Assembly (NCBI GenBank): GCA_002269645.1
Contig: NIVC01002729.1
Location: forward strand, 33,289 to 97,288
Reading direction: 5' to 3'
Source of the DNA: Macrostomum lignano
Taxonomy: Eukaryota
DNA: 64,000 nt
Shown: in pieces, positions 24,801 to 37,876 of the stretch
How the letters are laid out: each line of letters begins with the position of its first letter
Position numbering within the stretch: the first letter of the stretch is position 1
Made by a program: the position numbers and the translations under genes
The notes under the pieces: generated by a model
What the model was told of the DNA's origin: nothing
What the model saw: only the letters and a program-made list of their open reading frames with translations
The model's database searches: none

Positions 24801-24981
24801 TAAGCCTTTCTTTACAGATGAAAATAGCCTACCCAATCGAAACTATAAACTTAATAAACACATTGCAGGACCCTGGTGGCATCTTTTTTTGACATTAACC
24901 CTATCCTACTGCAGCGTACAAATCTCATTGTGGTATGAAAGTCGCGATCAGTCCAAAAATAAGGTCCAGAAAGACAATTGA
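21841..24981 (+). CDS. HHAT: Hedgehog acyltransferase-like MBOAT, paralogue 2, ~556 aa; exons 21841-22069, 22433-22479, 22689-22802, 23101-24111, 24602-24758, 24869-24981
   Basis: Exons sum to 1671 nt with the same phases as paralogue 1; 47-nt exon 2 and 157-nt exon 5 lengths are conserved; catalytic YHG and MWRVFD are intact. The exon 1 donor (G|GTTCGA) is weak. Confidence 0.87.
22847..23034. repeat. Intronic tandem array, 33-bp unit (HHAT-2 intron 3)
   Basis: GATAGGAGTGACAGTGACAGAGTGATCAGTCAG, ~5.5 copies; same family as 63465-64000 (inverted). Confidence 0.9.
24130..24470. repeat. Intronic tandem array, 25-bp unit (HHAT-2 intron 4)
   Basis: GACTGACCCAGAGTGAGCTCCGAGT, ~13 copies, starting ~18 nt after the donor; same family as 60268-62378 (inverted). 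Confidence 0.93.
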
Positions 24982-25366
24982 TTTGTGAAATGATAATCGA
25001 TGAGTGGCTCTAGATGGTAAGCAAATGAGCCAGCCCATAACGCTATTGATAGTTTCATTTTTTATTCTTATGCGCAGTTACTAACTAGCTCATTTTCATC
25101 ATTTTACGTTGCAAACACAATGAAACTACAAGTACATGAATGTATATTTTACATACATGTATCGGTCTGAAAGTAAAAACTTTCCGTCTTCTTAGACATC
25201 GCTTGGATCTGCATGGTTATCTGAACTGGTTACCATTAGTTTTGACCCATAAAGCTTTTCTTAATACTGTTCATACAGTGTTCCGTGGTCTTCCTGCCCA
25301 AGACAAATATATCTAAGAAAGGGCTTGCATACTTTGATCTCTTCATTGTCGCTATTTGTTGATGAT

Positions 25367-25723
25367 TTTTTTTTCTTAGAGGCAGGGGGGTTGTGTGCAC
25401 CCTAGCGCACTTTAAGCGACATAGGCACACAACCGGCGAGAGGCATTACTGCGGCATACAAGCTGAGCAGGCATACAAGCGCGCGGATACGTACGCAGGC
25501 ACACACTCACACAGGAGTGTACAGCGGCCCTTAACTTTATATTATCGTTAGGCATGTACACTTCACTGCGCCTTGGGGGGTTGGCTCTCAAGGCCGTTAA
25601 TTGCACGAGCAGAGCCAAGCCGAGATTCCAATTCAGCCCCAAAATAATGTGACTGCACTTGGAATCGAGCCTGGGTCGCTGGCACACCAGAGCAGCTGCA
25701 CTACCGCTGGGCTACGGCCCCCC
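25367..25723 (-). mobile_element. Full-length tRNA-derived SINE (copy A) with A-tail and TSD
   Basis: Head GGGGGCCGTAGCCCAGCGG (A box)...GGCTCGATTCC (B box); tail CTCTAAGAAAAAAAAA; TSD TATTTGTTGATGA(T) at 25353 and 25725. Confidence 0.88.
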
Positions 25724-26607
25724 TTATTTGTTGATGATATTTACAAACATACATTTAGTACGCGCAGTTTTAAACATGAAAGAAATATGAAATTAATAAA
25801 AGCATCAGCTTTGTATGTGGTTTTGTTTTAACGGTCTGTTCGTTTGTTTAACAATTTAACTTTCACATCAAAGTTGGAAATAAAAACTATTTGGGCAAGC
25901 CTCGAAACAAGTAGGTAGGCCTATGGATAAAATCATCACAAATGCTAAGATGCTATGTTAAGACGAAGTCGAGGCGTTGAGATTGAGACTGTCATTTACT
26001 GTCATTGAGAAGGCATTTATACATACTAACTATGCTATGCATTTATTTATTTGCTGTGCATATTAGAATGAGTGCAGCCCATTTCGGCGAAGGAATTTTC
26101 GGCGAAAGACGCTTCGGCGAAAGGGAATTTTAAGTTTCAATAGATGTATAGACCTAGCCTAGGCCTGTATATTTAATCAGTGACTTCAAAAATGTACCTT
26201 TTTACTTCTTGACCTTGGCTTGAAAGACAAGAATAGAGTATCACTATCAGCAAGCCAGTCAGTGTGAGTGAGTGAGGCATAGCTAAAAGCTTCCTGTACT
26301 AGATAGTTTACAAACCACAATCAAGCAAAGTTGTGTTTTAGGTAGATCCAGAAATTTTTGAATGGGGTATACTAGTGCATAGATTACTTGGCTTAATGTG
26401 TTTTGCTTTTGATTAATTTATTTATATAACAATATTTAAAAAAATGAAACTTAATGGCAGGGTGCCACCCTAAATCTTCTAGACTATATAGTTATTGTTT
26501 AAAATGTATTTTTTTTATCATTTTTTAATTTAGCTTTGCATAGCGGCAATTGAAATATTTATAATTATTTTAACCTTTAGTTTATAATAATTGTATATTG
26601 ATAGGCT

Positions 26608-26961
26608 GGGGGCTGTAGCCCAGCAGTAGCACAGCTGCTCTGGTGTGCCAGCGACCCAGGCTCGATTCCAAGTGCAATCACATTAATTTGGGGCTAAATT
26701 GGAATCTCAGCTTGGCTCTGCTCGTGCAATTAACGACCTTGAGAACCAACCTCCCAAGGCGTAGTGAAGTGTACATGCCTAAAGATAATATAAAGTTAGG
26801 GCCACTATATACTCCTATGTGAGTGTGTGCCTGCGTATGTATCCGCACGCTTATATGCCTGCTCAGCTTATATGTAGCAATAATGCCTTTCGCCGGTTGT
26901 ATGTCTATATCGCTTAAAGTGTGCCAGGATACACACAACCCCCCTGCCTCTAATAAAAAAA
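26608..26961 (+). mobile_element. Full-length tRNA-derived SINE (copy B), head-to-head with copy A, heavily transition-mutated
   Basis: Colinear with the reverse complement of copy A over ~350 bp; TSD ATATTGATAGGC at 26595 and 26962. Confidence 0.88.
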
Positions 26962-27943
26962 ATATTGATAGGCCCCCTATAAATAAATTTTATGGTCAAA
27001 ATATATAAAACATGAAAAAGTGAATTATTTTTAAATGAAAATACAAGTTAGTTTTATTATGACTTGCACAAATTTTGTTTTTGTTTTATATATAAAACTA
27101 TTGCATTCTTTTCAAATTGTTCATTGAAATTTTTTCAATGTAAAATTAATAACTTTGTTTTTAGCACTTTTTTCATTTTTACAATTCCTAATAATTTCTA
27201 AACAGTTAGAAATTTTAAAGTTTTTGCTTTTAGATTAGTGCAAAAATGTGGCAATCATATTGTCTAATATAGCATTAATGCTTGGGAGTGTCTATGGTCC
27301 AAAGCCTAAAGGGATGAGTTAGTTAGAAAGAGGAGAAATACATTTAGACTTATGTTCTTGCTACTAGGTTCTTACTAAGACCATTAACCATTAAGTTGAT
27401 TGTCACCATGCTAGTAGGCTACCTTGCAGAACTATCATTTACTGTAAATCCAAACTCGCTATATAATACTATCAAGCTGACTAAGGAGAGAAACATGTCA
27501 ATGGTGGCAAAGTTGGCTAGGCTGACATGGGACACCCAGCAAATGGCTAGCAACCTACTGACTTCTTAAGAATTAGCACATTATCCCATCAATGTTTTTG
27601 GCCACATAATATATTGGATTGCCTATTATTTGAGTTTTGACAAGAGTCTTGACACTTATTGTTTCATTGTTTCTGATAAATTGTTTTATTGTTTCCTGCA
27701 CTTTTGTACCAATCTAAAATAAGAAACTTCAAAACTATGAATTGATAGGAATCATTAAGAATTGCTAGAATTAGAAGAATTGCAAAAAACAAAGTTCTTA
27801 ATTTATTGTTTTAATAGCTTAGGAGATATCCAAACATGCTAAAATCAGCTTTTCAAGTGGAAAAAATATAAAAAACATTGAAAAAATAGTTTAATGAAGG
27901 ATTTGAGAAGTTTACCAAAACTTTATACAAATATAATTATTGT

Positions 27944-28340
27944 CAGTGTTGGGAACTATTAATGAAAATCTTATCTTCCATTAATGGCAAAAGCATTTAA
28001 TGTAAAAACAAAATAATCTTAACTTATTAACTCTTAATTTTGTTAAGTTAATTGAAAGTTAACTGATAATTGTTAATAAGTATTAATCTGTTAATTTGTA
28101 ATGTTTTAACTTCTTATCAGACATATATTTTTGTTCTTTTTTTGTATCTTTGGTCATTGACACTGTCATTAATGTTAACAATGAATGTGTCATTAACTCA
28201 CAAAATTATTATTGCAAATTCATTAATCCCTTAGTGCAAAAAATCTTAATGGCAGTCTATTAACATTAATAAGAAATGTTAATGCTTATTAACACTTAAT
28301 AATGGGTTGATGCTTATTAATAGACAGGTGTCCAACAGTG
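27944..28340. mobile_element. Possible decayed non-autonomous DNA element
   Basis: Begins CAGTGTTGGGAACTATTAAT and ends ATTAATAG...CCAACAGTG (imperfect inverted termini). The interior is dense in TTAATG/CATTAA/TGTTAA/TTAACA, which look like deaminated CGTTAACG-type motifs (inference). Confidence 0.35.
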
Positions 28341-29634
28341 TTTATTGTTTATTGTTTTGAACTTTTTTAATTGAAATGAAATATCAAAATCATTAGTCTA
28401 GTAGTACTGTTACAAAATTGATGATTTGAAGCTTTGTATATGATAATAGGGGCCTATATTTGGCATATATTGGTATATATTAAAATGTGATCATTTTTTC
28501 CAGGGTACTTACTGACTATTCCAAACTATGAAAATATAAATATTTTTTATTTTTATGATTGATATACTTATAAAGCATGAATGTATATTAAGAAGTCCTA
28601 ATAAGCCCATAGGTAAAAATACAAATAAAAGCTAATTTATATGTTTTTGTATATATTTGGATTATTGCATTTATATTTTTATTATTAAACTATAATCATA
28701 AAGACTTTATTACTTTTTTTACTGAACATTCTTTATACATTGCTTTGAATGGTCTTTGTGTAAAGCTTACTAAATTTCAATTAAGCTAAAGACTAAAATT
28801 AAAGAACAAATATATTGGTTTAACAAAATGAAAGCTACTTTAATTGGCTAAAGTAATTTGTTATAAAACATTAAATAAACTAGGTTATTTTATTATTTAG
28901 TGCATTTGATTCTAATTTCTATTTTAGGCATTAAAAAGAAGCAGGTAAACATGTTAAAAATACTTAAATAAGAAATGTTCAAGTTATAACTATATAAAAA
29001 CTTATTAAGTAATTACTCAATAAGTAAAAAAGAAACTGAGTATAGTTAGGTTAAGCCTAACTTTTATATATTTGCATATTTGAATATATTCTTATTTTTT
29101 AGATTGGCTCAAATATCCATAAACCTATAAAAGTCTAAAAATAACTTTGATCCTTCTAGCACTCATTTCATAACATTGTAGGCTAGACCCTAACACTTAA
29201 TACCCTATACTTTATGGGAAGAGGCACAATATATTATATATGATAAAGGCAGGTGCTACAAGCAGAATGAATCTTAGCTTAGATCTTATATATTTCTAAT
29301 TATATTTAGTGATTTAGAACTAAGGCAACCAAATCATTTAGTTTTTTAAACTGTGACTAAGGAAGTATATTACTCTAATACAAACTGGTTGATAAGACTC
29401 TTGGTAAGATGAAATCAGTAGGGGATAATAACAATAAATTCCGTATACTAATATGATAACTACAATTATTAGTTTTTTGGCCTAATTTTTAGTAAAGAAT
29501 TCTTTAATTGACTCATACAAAATAAAACAATTACAAAATAAACAAATTACAGTTAATTTTTGACTTGTTAATTTTTGCATGAGTTGCAATGGTTGAGTAG
29601 CTACTGGCTGTCTTTCTAACAAAATCAATGCACA

Positions 29635-32600
29635 ATGGATAAAAATATGCTGCTGATTGGACGGGTGAGTTGCTGTTGGCAAATTTTGCCATTCTACTCG
29701 TAGATTTAGTGCAGGTCATTGTTTATTAAATAAATTTTCTGTTTGCTTATCTCTATATCTTGGGCCAGCTGGGAGTGGAAAAAGGGAATAGAGTGAGAGA
29801 GGAGAGGAGAGGCAAGACAAGGCGAGGCGAGAGATGGGATGAGAGAAAAGATAAGACGAGAGAGAGGAGAGGTAGAGAAGACTGGAGAGAGGAGAGAAGA
29901 GAGAAGATATGAGAGAGGAGAGATGTAGAGAAGAGGGGAGAAAAGAAAGGTAGAGAAGAGGGGAGAAAAGAAAGGTAGAGAAGAGGGGAGAAAAGAGAGG
30001 TAGAGAAGAGGGGAGAGAGGAGAGAGGTAGAGAAGAGGGGAGAGAGGAGAGAGGTAGAGAAGAGGGGAGAGAGGTAGAGAAGAGGGGAGAGAGGTAGAGA
30101 AGAGGGGAGAGAGGAGAGAGGTAGAGAAGAGGGGAGAGAGGAGAGAGGTAGAGAAGAGGGGAGAGAGGAGAGAGGTGGAGAAGAGGGGAGAGAGGAGAGA
30201 GGTAGAGAAGAGGGGAGAGAGGAGAGGTAGATAAGAGGAAGAAAAGAGAGGTAGAGAAGAGGGGAGAGAGGAGAGAAGAGAGAAGATATGAGAGAGGAGA
30301 GATGTAGAGAAGAGGGGAGAAAAGAAAGGTAGAGAAGAGGGGAGAAAAGAGAGGTAGAGAAGAGGGGAGAGAGGAGAGGTAGAGAAGAGGGGAGAGAGGA
30401 GAGGTAGAGAAGAGGGGAGAGAGGAGAGGTAGATAAGAGGGAGAGAGGAGAGGTAGAGAAGAGTGGAGAGGAGAGGTAGAGAAGAGGGGAGAGAGGAGAG
30501 GTAGAGAAGAGTGGAGAGGAGAGGTAGAGAAGATGGGAGAGAGGAGAGGTAGAGAAGAGGGGAGAGAGGAGAGAAAGAGCTGAAGAGACAAGCCTTGAGC
30601 GGACCTGATTGCTATTGTAAAGTTTCAGAGACCAAGGGCTAGATAGATAGGCTTTTCGGGCCGGACTTTGCCGACCCCTGAACCACACGATTGCACTGAC
30701 TTGTTTTGGTATTATCTTTATTTTAGAGTCTGTCCTGATTTAATTAGTAAATTTAAGTTACCTTAAAGCTTTCAAAGTAAGTTATCAGTTTACGAAGTGA
30801 GTGTTTAACCACACTTTATAAATAACGTTTTGTGAATTGAACTCAGCGATTATTTGACTGATTTAACTTTAATTAGTCATGCTTTATGATATTATTTAAA
30901 TTCTCTAAAAGAGCTGTGCTTAAATTTTCATTGCAATTTCATTTAACCGATCTAATTAGTCTAATTTGTTTAACTTGAATTAATTATGCGAAACCAAATG
31001 ATATAAAGCGCTTATCTCCCACGCTTGTGCAGCTGTGCGAGAGCGCCTACCCGGCGGTGAGCAGCGGAGCCCTGCCTCGCTCTGTTAGTTATCCGCACGA
31101 GATGGCCGAATCTACGGCCCAGGATCTGGCTTATGATGAAGACTTCCTGCAGCCGTTCGAGCCTTTGTCCTGTGAGTAGCAGGGAATGAGATATGGGATG
31201 CAGGGAAGTCAAGGAATGAGATTCAGAAAAGAATTGAGATTCAGGAAAGTTAAGCATTAAGGAATGAGATTCAGGGAGATTAAGGAATGAGATTCAGGAA
31301 AGTTAAGGATTGAGATTCAGGGAAAAAGGAATGAGATTCGGGGAAATGAAGGAATGAGATTCAGGGAAATGAAAGAATGAGATTCAGGGAAATTAAGGAA
31401 TGAGATTCTGGGAAATGAAGGAATGAGACTCAGGGAAAAGGAATGAGATTCAGGGAAATTAAGGAATGAGATTCTGGGAAATGAAGGAATGAGACTCAGG
31501 GAAAAGGAATGAGATTCGGGGAAATGAAGGAATGAGATTCGGGGAAATAAAGGAATGAGATTCAGGAAGGTTAAGGATTGAGATTCAGGAAAGTTAAGGA
31601 TTGAGATTCAGGAAGGTTAAGGATTGAGATTCAGGAAAGTTAAGGATTGAGATTCAGGAAAGTTAAGGATTGAGATTCAGGAAGGTTAAGGATTGAGATT
31701 CAGGAAGGTTAAGAATTTAGGAATGAGATTCAGGGAAATGAAGGAATGAGATTCAGGAAAGTTAAGGAATGAGATTCAGGAAAGTTAAGGATTGAGATTC
31801 AGGAAGGTTAAGGATTGAGATTCAGGAAAGTTAAGGATTGAGATTCAGGAAAGTTAAGGATTGAGATTCAGGAAGGTTAAGGATTGAGATTCAGGAAGGT
31901 TAAGAATTTAAGAATGAGATTCAGGGAAATGAAGGAATGAGATTCAGGAAAGTTAAGGAATGAGATTCAGGGAGATTAATGAATGAGATTCAGTGCGATT
32001 AAGAAATAAGATTCAGGACAGGATTGAGATTCAGAAAAGGATTAAGATTCAAACAAGGATTGAGATTCAGGAAAGTTAAGGATTAAGGAATGAGATTCAG
32101 GGAGTTTAGAGAATGAGATTCAGGAAGATTAAAGAATGAGATTCAGGGAGTTTAGAGAATGAGATTCAGGAAGATTGGACAACGAGATTCGGGTAAACTC
32201 AGGAAATGAGTTTGAGAACGAACATCTCTTCGATTTCTCTTCATCGCAGACCACTCAGGAGGGCGCGCCATCCACTCCGGCCTGGACTCGGCCGTTTCCA
32301 ACTTGGACCTGTTCGCCCAGCTGGAGCTGGCCCATCTGGACCCCGTCCGGGCCACCAGCCAGTTCTCGTCGGCCGCAGCCGCAGCAGCCGCCGCCTGTCT
32401 GGCCAATTCGTCTCTATCCGAGCAGATGTCGCGCAGCGATTCGTGTTTAGCCGCAGCGGCCGCTGCCGCCGCAGACGCCGAAGAGGCCGGAGTTGGCAAG
32501 CCGCTATTCGAACCGGAGGACTCCGCGAGAACGGACGCCGGCGTCGGGGGAGCCGGCGCTGGCTCTCTGTTGCTAGGCAACAGTGTAGCTGGCATGACAA

Positions 32601-35600
32601 CTAGTGTTAGTCAATCGTCAGCTAATGTTAAACAGATATTGGGGAAAAGCGCCAGTCCTAACTATCAAGTAGTGGTTGGCATGGACGCTTCCGTTGCTAT
32701 GAGCGGCGCATCGGCCGGCAGCAATATGAGCACCTGGATGGCGCTGGCCAAGTCTAACAAGCGATTCGTCAGTACCAGCGATTTGGAGGCCAGCGACGAT
32801 GCCACCGCTGATGACAGTCGGCTACCGGCCGCTGCCGCCACCTCCGCTGGCTCCGGCAGGCCTCCCATGACTACTTGGTCCGCGGTTCGAACTTCGTCTA
32901 TCAAAGACGTCTCCGCCGCCGCTTCCCCCGGCGTTGCCAATGGCAACAACAACGCCCCCGGGGCGCCGCCGCCGCCGCCTCCTACTAGCGCCGGATCTGC
33001 TGGCAGCGGCGGCGACAGCGCCTGGCGCCAATTGAAATCTGCCGGCGGCGGCCATCTGGTGTCTTGGAAAGAGTTGAATAGAATTGTGCGCGATGCTAGG
33101 CCGCTGGATAGCGATCAGGTGCGATTCGGGATGCTTGTCAGAATTAGATATTTATTTATGGTTTCAGGATGTCTTTGTTTATTATATAGTAATGGGGATA
33201 AAATATTAACGATTGGCTAATTATGAGGATGGGATATTTATGAGGATGGAAGATTTATAAAGATGGGATATTTATGAAAATAGGATATTTATGAAGATGG
33301 GATATTTATGGAAATAGGATATTTACGAAGATGGGATATTTGTGAGGATGGGATATTAATAAAGATGAGATATTTATGAAAATAGGATATTTATGAAGAT
33401 GGGATATTTGTGAGGATGTGATATTTGTGAGGATGGAATATTTGTGAGGATGGGATATTTGTGAGGATGGGATATTTCTGAGAATGGGATATTTGTGAGG
33501 ATGGGATATTTTTTACAGAGGATTATTTTACTGTCTTGACATTTGCCAATTTATAGAAGTCCCGTCACGAGATGTCCTCCAGCACAGCTCAGCAGAACGC
33601 TGTTGCCTGGCGCAAGCAGCAGCAGCAACCCCAACAGCAGCAGCAACAACAGCATCAACGGCTTCAGCAGCAATTGACACCCGAACAGCAGCAGCAGGTG
33701 CGCCAGCAGCAGCAGCAGAACAGGTACTCAGGCACCCTGCTGGAGCTATTCAAACGAGCCACCAACACGCCTGCATCCGCTTCGCCATCGGGTGCGCCGC
33801 CTGAGCCAGCGCCCCAGCAGCAGCAGCAGCCGCAGCCCGAGTCCACTCTCCGCTTCCTACACGGTGGCGGCCCGGGATTTCGCGAATTTCGTCGCCGAGC
33901 CCGAGAGCTGGTCGACCAGCAGCAGCAGTTCCCGGCGTCTGCGGCGGCGGCGGGGTCGGCAGCTCGACGAACAGCCGGCCGGCCCGTCGGAGTCGGCCGC
34001 AGCCACTCGGATCTTCAGCACGGCAGGCGGTACATCGCCGCTCAGCAGCAGCAGCAGCTGCCCAGTCTGGCTTTCCTGCGCGATTCCCTGCCGCTTGCAG
34101 ACCCGTCGTCTGTCGCTGCTGCCGCCGCCGCCGCCTCAGCTTCGTCGGCGACAACAACGGCCGACGCTGCCGGCGACTCCGGCATCGGGACGGCAGTCGG
34201 CGACGGCAGCGTCTCGGCTTCGGCGGCGTCGAATTTTGTGTGTCGAAACTGCGGCCATCCGCAGCATCAGCAGCAGCTGGCTAGGCGACTTGCCGGTGGC
34301 AAGCAGAAGCGATCGCAGTCCTTGGATACAACAGCCGCCTCTGCGGCTGCTGCTGCCGCTGATGAGGTAAGTAATTTAGAATATGGGAGATTTCCTGATT
34401 GTTTACGTTGTTTGTATGGGATATTTTGTGTAAATGGGACATTTTGTGTATGTAGAATATTTTGTGTATATGGGATATTTTTGTGCATATGGGATATTTT
34501 TGTGCATATGGGATATTTTGTGTATATGGGATATTTTGTGTATATGGGATATGTTGTGTATATGGGATATTTTGTGTATATGGGATATGTTGTGTATATG
34601 GGATATTTTGTGCATATGGGATATTTTTGTGCATATGGGATATTTTGTGCATATGGGATATTTTTGTGCATATGGGATATTTTTGTGCATATGGGATATT
34701 TTTGTGCATATGGGAAACGCGAGTTCCAATTCTATTCCATCACTTGCCGTCTCCCAGGCGGAAGCGCCCGAATCCAAATCGGCCGAGCGTCTTCGACGCG
34801 CTGCTCGTCGTCGCGTTGCCCGCGCCACCGACTCGTCCAGGAAGCAGCGCGGCGGCCTCGGCGGCAGCGGCGCCAAACGGACGCTCAGCGAGCCGCACCG
34901 GCTCTGCTCTGTCAGCTCCGCCGCCGCTGCTGGTGGCACCGCAGCCAACAGCGGCAGCGGCGCCGGCGCATCTGGAAGCGGCGTCGGCTACGAGATGACG
35001 CAGAGCCTGACAGACTCGCAGGAGGAGGAGTCCTCAGCGGCGGCTGCCGCGACGCCTCATCGTTCAACCACGCCGCAGGCGGCTTCCTCGTCGGCCAGGC
35101 GCGACTACCCCGACGACAGCGACGACGGCGGCGGCGGCTTCCGCGCCAAGAAGTCGGTGTCCTTCTGCGACCGGATCCAGTTCCATAGTCCGAAAGGCCA
35201 GGCCGCTGCCAGCCCGACTGCAGGCTCGGCTGCTGCCGGTCAGATCTGGCGCGGCGGCGTCGGGTCCACGGTGGATTTAGGCGCCGCCGCCGCCGTCCTG
35301 CCGTCTGGCGACTCGCCGCACCGTCAGCAGACTCTGCTGCGCCGGCCGCTCAGTTTGCAATTGAACTACGATGTACAGGTAAGCATAATTCATTTACACT
35401 ACATATCAGCAACAATCCAAGGCTGTAGCCTTCTGGTTAGAGCGTCGGACTCGCGACTGGAAGGTCAGGGGTTCGATTCTCGACCACTCGGAACAATCTG
35501 TGTCCTTGAACAAGACGCTTAACTCTGCATTGCTTCAGTTCACCCAGCTGTAAAATGGGTGCCAGAATTAGCTGGGGTAATTGAGGCTGTGTGTGGCGAC

Positions 35601-37239
35601 CCCCCAGTCCTTGGACTGAACAGCCGTACGCAGCTTTCAGATGCGCTCGCAATAGCTGCGGCTGAGCTGTCGATTGTACATCTGCTTAGAGCAGGTGTAA
35701 TCAATTATTATATATTACAATAAATTTTGTAGCCCCTAAGTAAGTAAGTAGTATATACAAATTAAATATCCGCTGTTGGCCCGGCAGGTCATCCCGCAGC
35801 AGGTCGGCCTCTACGGCGACAACGACAGTCCGCCGCTGGTGTTCTGCGGTTCTCCAGTCGGCTCGCCCAGGCGCACTGCGGAGTCCACCGCCGCCGCCGC
35901 CAGCCAGCAGCAGCGGCAGTCTCGGCTGGACCGCCTCAGCCAGCTCGTGTCCGACGCTATCCGCGGCGTCAACGACCTGATCCTGGCTGCCACCGCCTCC
36001 CCGCTGGCTGCCGGCACGGCCGACGCCTCCGACCAGCAGCGTCAGCAGCAGCGGCTGTCCAGCGTGCTGTCGCAGAGCCTCTGCCCGCCGCTGCACGGCC
36101 TGCTGACCGACGAGCTGCTGTCTTCTGGCGGCAGCGGCGGCAGCGGCCCGGGCAGCCGGCTGTCCTTTGGTCGCAGCAGATCCCAGCTGTGGCAGCTGAT
36201 TGAGGAGACTTGCAAGCCGAGCGGACAGCCCGCCAGCCGACGGCTCAACGAGGTGCTGCGGCAGGTCCGCTCGGTAGGCGGGCTGTCTACGGAGCGGCTG
36301 AAGTTCAACGCCTTTGTAGCCGCCTGCCTCAAGTGAGCTCTGGGGGAATTTATTCTGTATTAGTGGGTCTGTCTGTCTGCCTGTCTGTCTGTCTGTCTGT
36401 CTGTCTGTCACTGTCTGTCTGTCTCTCTTTCAGTCTGTCTGTCTGTCTCTCTTTCAGTCTGTCTGTCTGTCTCTCTTTCAGTCTGTCTGTCTGTCTCTCT
36501 TTCAGTCTGTCTGTCTGTCTCTCTTTCAGTCTGTCTGTCTGTCTCTCTTTCAGTCTGTCTGTCTGTCTCTCTTTCAGTCTGTCTGTCTGTCTCTCTTTCA
36601 GTCTGTCTGTCTGTCTCTCTTTCAGTCTGTCTGTCTGTCTCTCTTTCAGTCTGTCTGTCTGTCTCTCTTTCAGTCTGTCTGTCTGTCTCTCTTTCAGTCT
36701 GTCTGTCTGTCTCTCTTTCAGTCTGTCTGTCTGTCTCTCTTTCAGTCTGTCTGTCTGTCTCTCTTTCAGTCTGTCTGTCTGTCTCTCTTTCAGTCTGTCT
36801 GTCTGTCTCTCTTTCAGTCTGTCTGTCTGTCTCTCTTTCAGTCTGTCTGTCTGTCTCTCTTTCAGTCTGTCTGTCTGTCTCTCTTTCAGTCTGTCTGTCT
36901 GTCTCTCTTTCAGTCTGTCTGTCTGTCTCTCTTTCAGTCTGTCTGTCTGTCTCTCTTTCAGTCTGTCTGTCTGTCTCTCTTTCAGTCTGTCTGTCTGTCT
37001 CTCTTTCAGTCTGTCTGTCTGTCTCTCTTTCAGTCTGTCTGTCTGTCTCTCTTTCAGTCTGTCTGTCTGTCTCTCTTTCAGTCTGTCTGTCTGTCTCTCT
37101 TTCAGTCTGTCTGTCTGTCTCTCTTTCAGTCTGTCTGTCTGTCTCTCTTTCAGTCTGTCTGTCTGTCTCTCTTTCAGTCTGTCTGTCTGTCTCTCTTTCA
37201 GTCTGTCTGTCTGTCTCTCTTTCAGTCTGTCTGTCTTTA

Positions 37240-37297
<58 letters not shown>

Positions 37298-37591
37298 TGT
37301 CTGCCTGTCTTTGTGTGTGTCTGTCTGTCTGCCTGTCTTTGTGTGCGTCTGTCTGTCTGCCTGTATTTGTGTCTGTGTCTGTCTGTCTGCCTGTCTTTGT
37401 GTGCGTCTGTCTGTCTGCCTGTCTTTGTGTCTGTGTGTGTGTCTGTCTGTCTGTCTGTCTGTCTTTGTGTGTGTCTGTCTGTCTGCCTGTCTTTGTGTCT
37501 GTGTCTGTCTGTCTGCCTGTCTTTGTGTCTGGCTTTCTGTCTGTCTGTCTCTGTCTGTCTATCTGTCTGTCTGTCTGTCTGTCTGTCTTTA

Positions 37592-37628
<37 letters not shown>

Positions 37629-37647
37629 TTCTGTCTGTCTGTCTTTA

Positions 37648-37724
<77 letters not shown>

Positions 37725-37739
37725 TTATGTCTGTGTGTG

Positions 37740-37796
<57 letters not shown>

Positions 37797-37815
37797 TTCT
37801 GTCTGTCTGTCTTTA

Positions 37816-37876
<61 letters not shown>

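Larger units (their letters stand above)
26120..29660. other. AT-rich, CpG-depleted domain
   Basis: Manual scan: 1 CpG in 26120-26607 and 2 CpG in 26913-29661 (27457, 29442). Other AT-rich stretches such as 9200-9990 retain many CpGs. Confidence 0.85.

Noticed and set aside
27280-29400. Relic genes inside the CpG desert (27280-27650 and 29100-29420)
   Set aside because: Some frames look protein-like if TAA/TAG are read as Gln/Trp, but stop density is not clearly below chance for this composition and I recognised no domain; this needs de-mutation plus an HMM search.
31012-31257. Minus-strand ORF 31012-31257
   Set aside because: Better explained by the plus-strand exon 31033-31171, which has canonical sites and a matching phase.
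20275-35490. tRNA genes at ~20275-20342, 25650-25723, 26608-26680 and 35421-35490
   Set aside because: A/B boxes are present but acceptor and anticodon stems do not close, and each continues into a SINE body.
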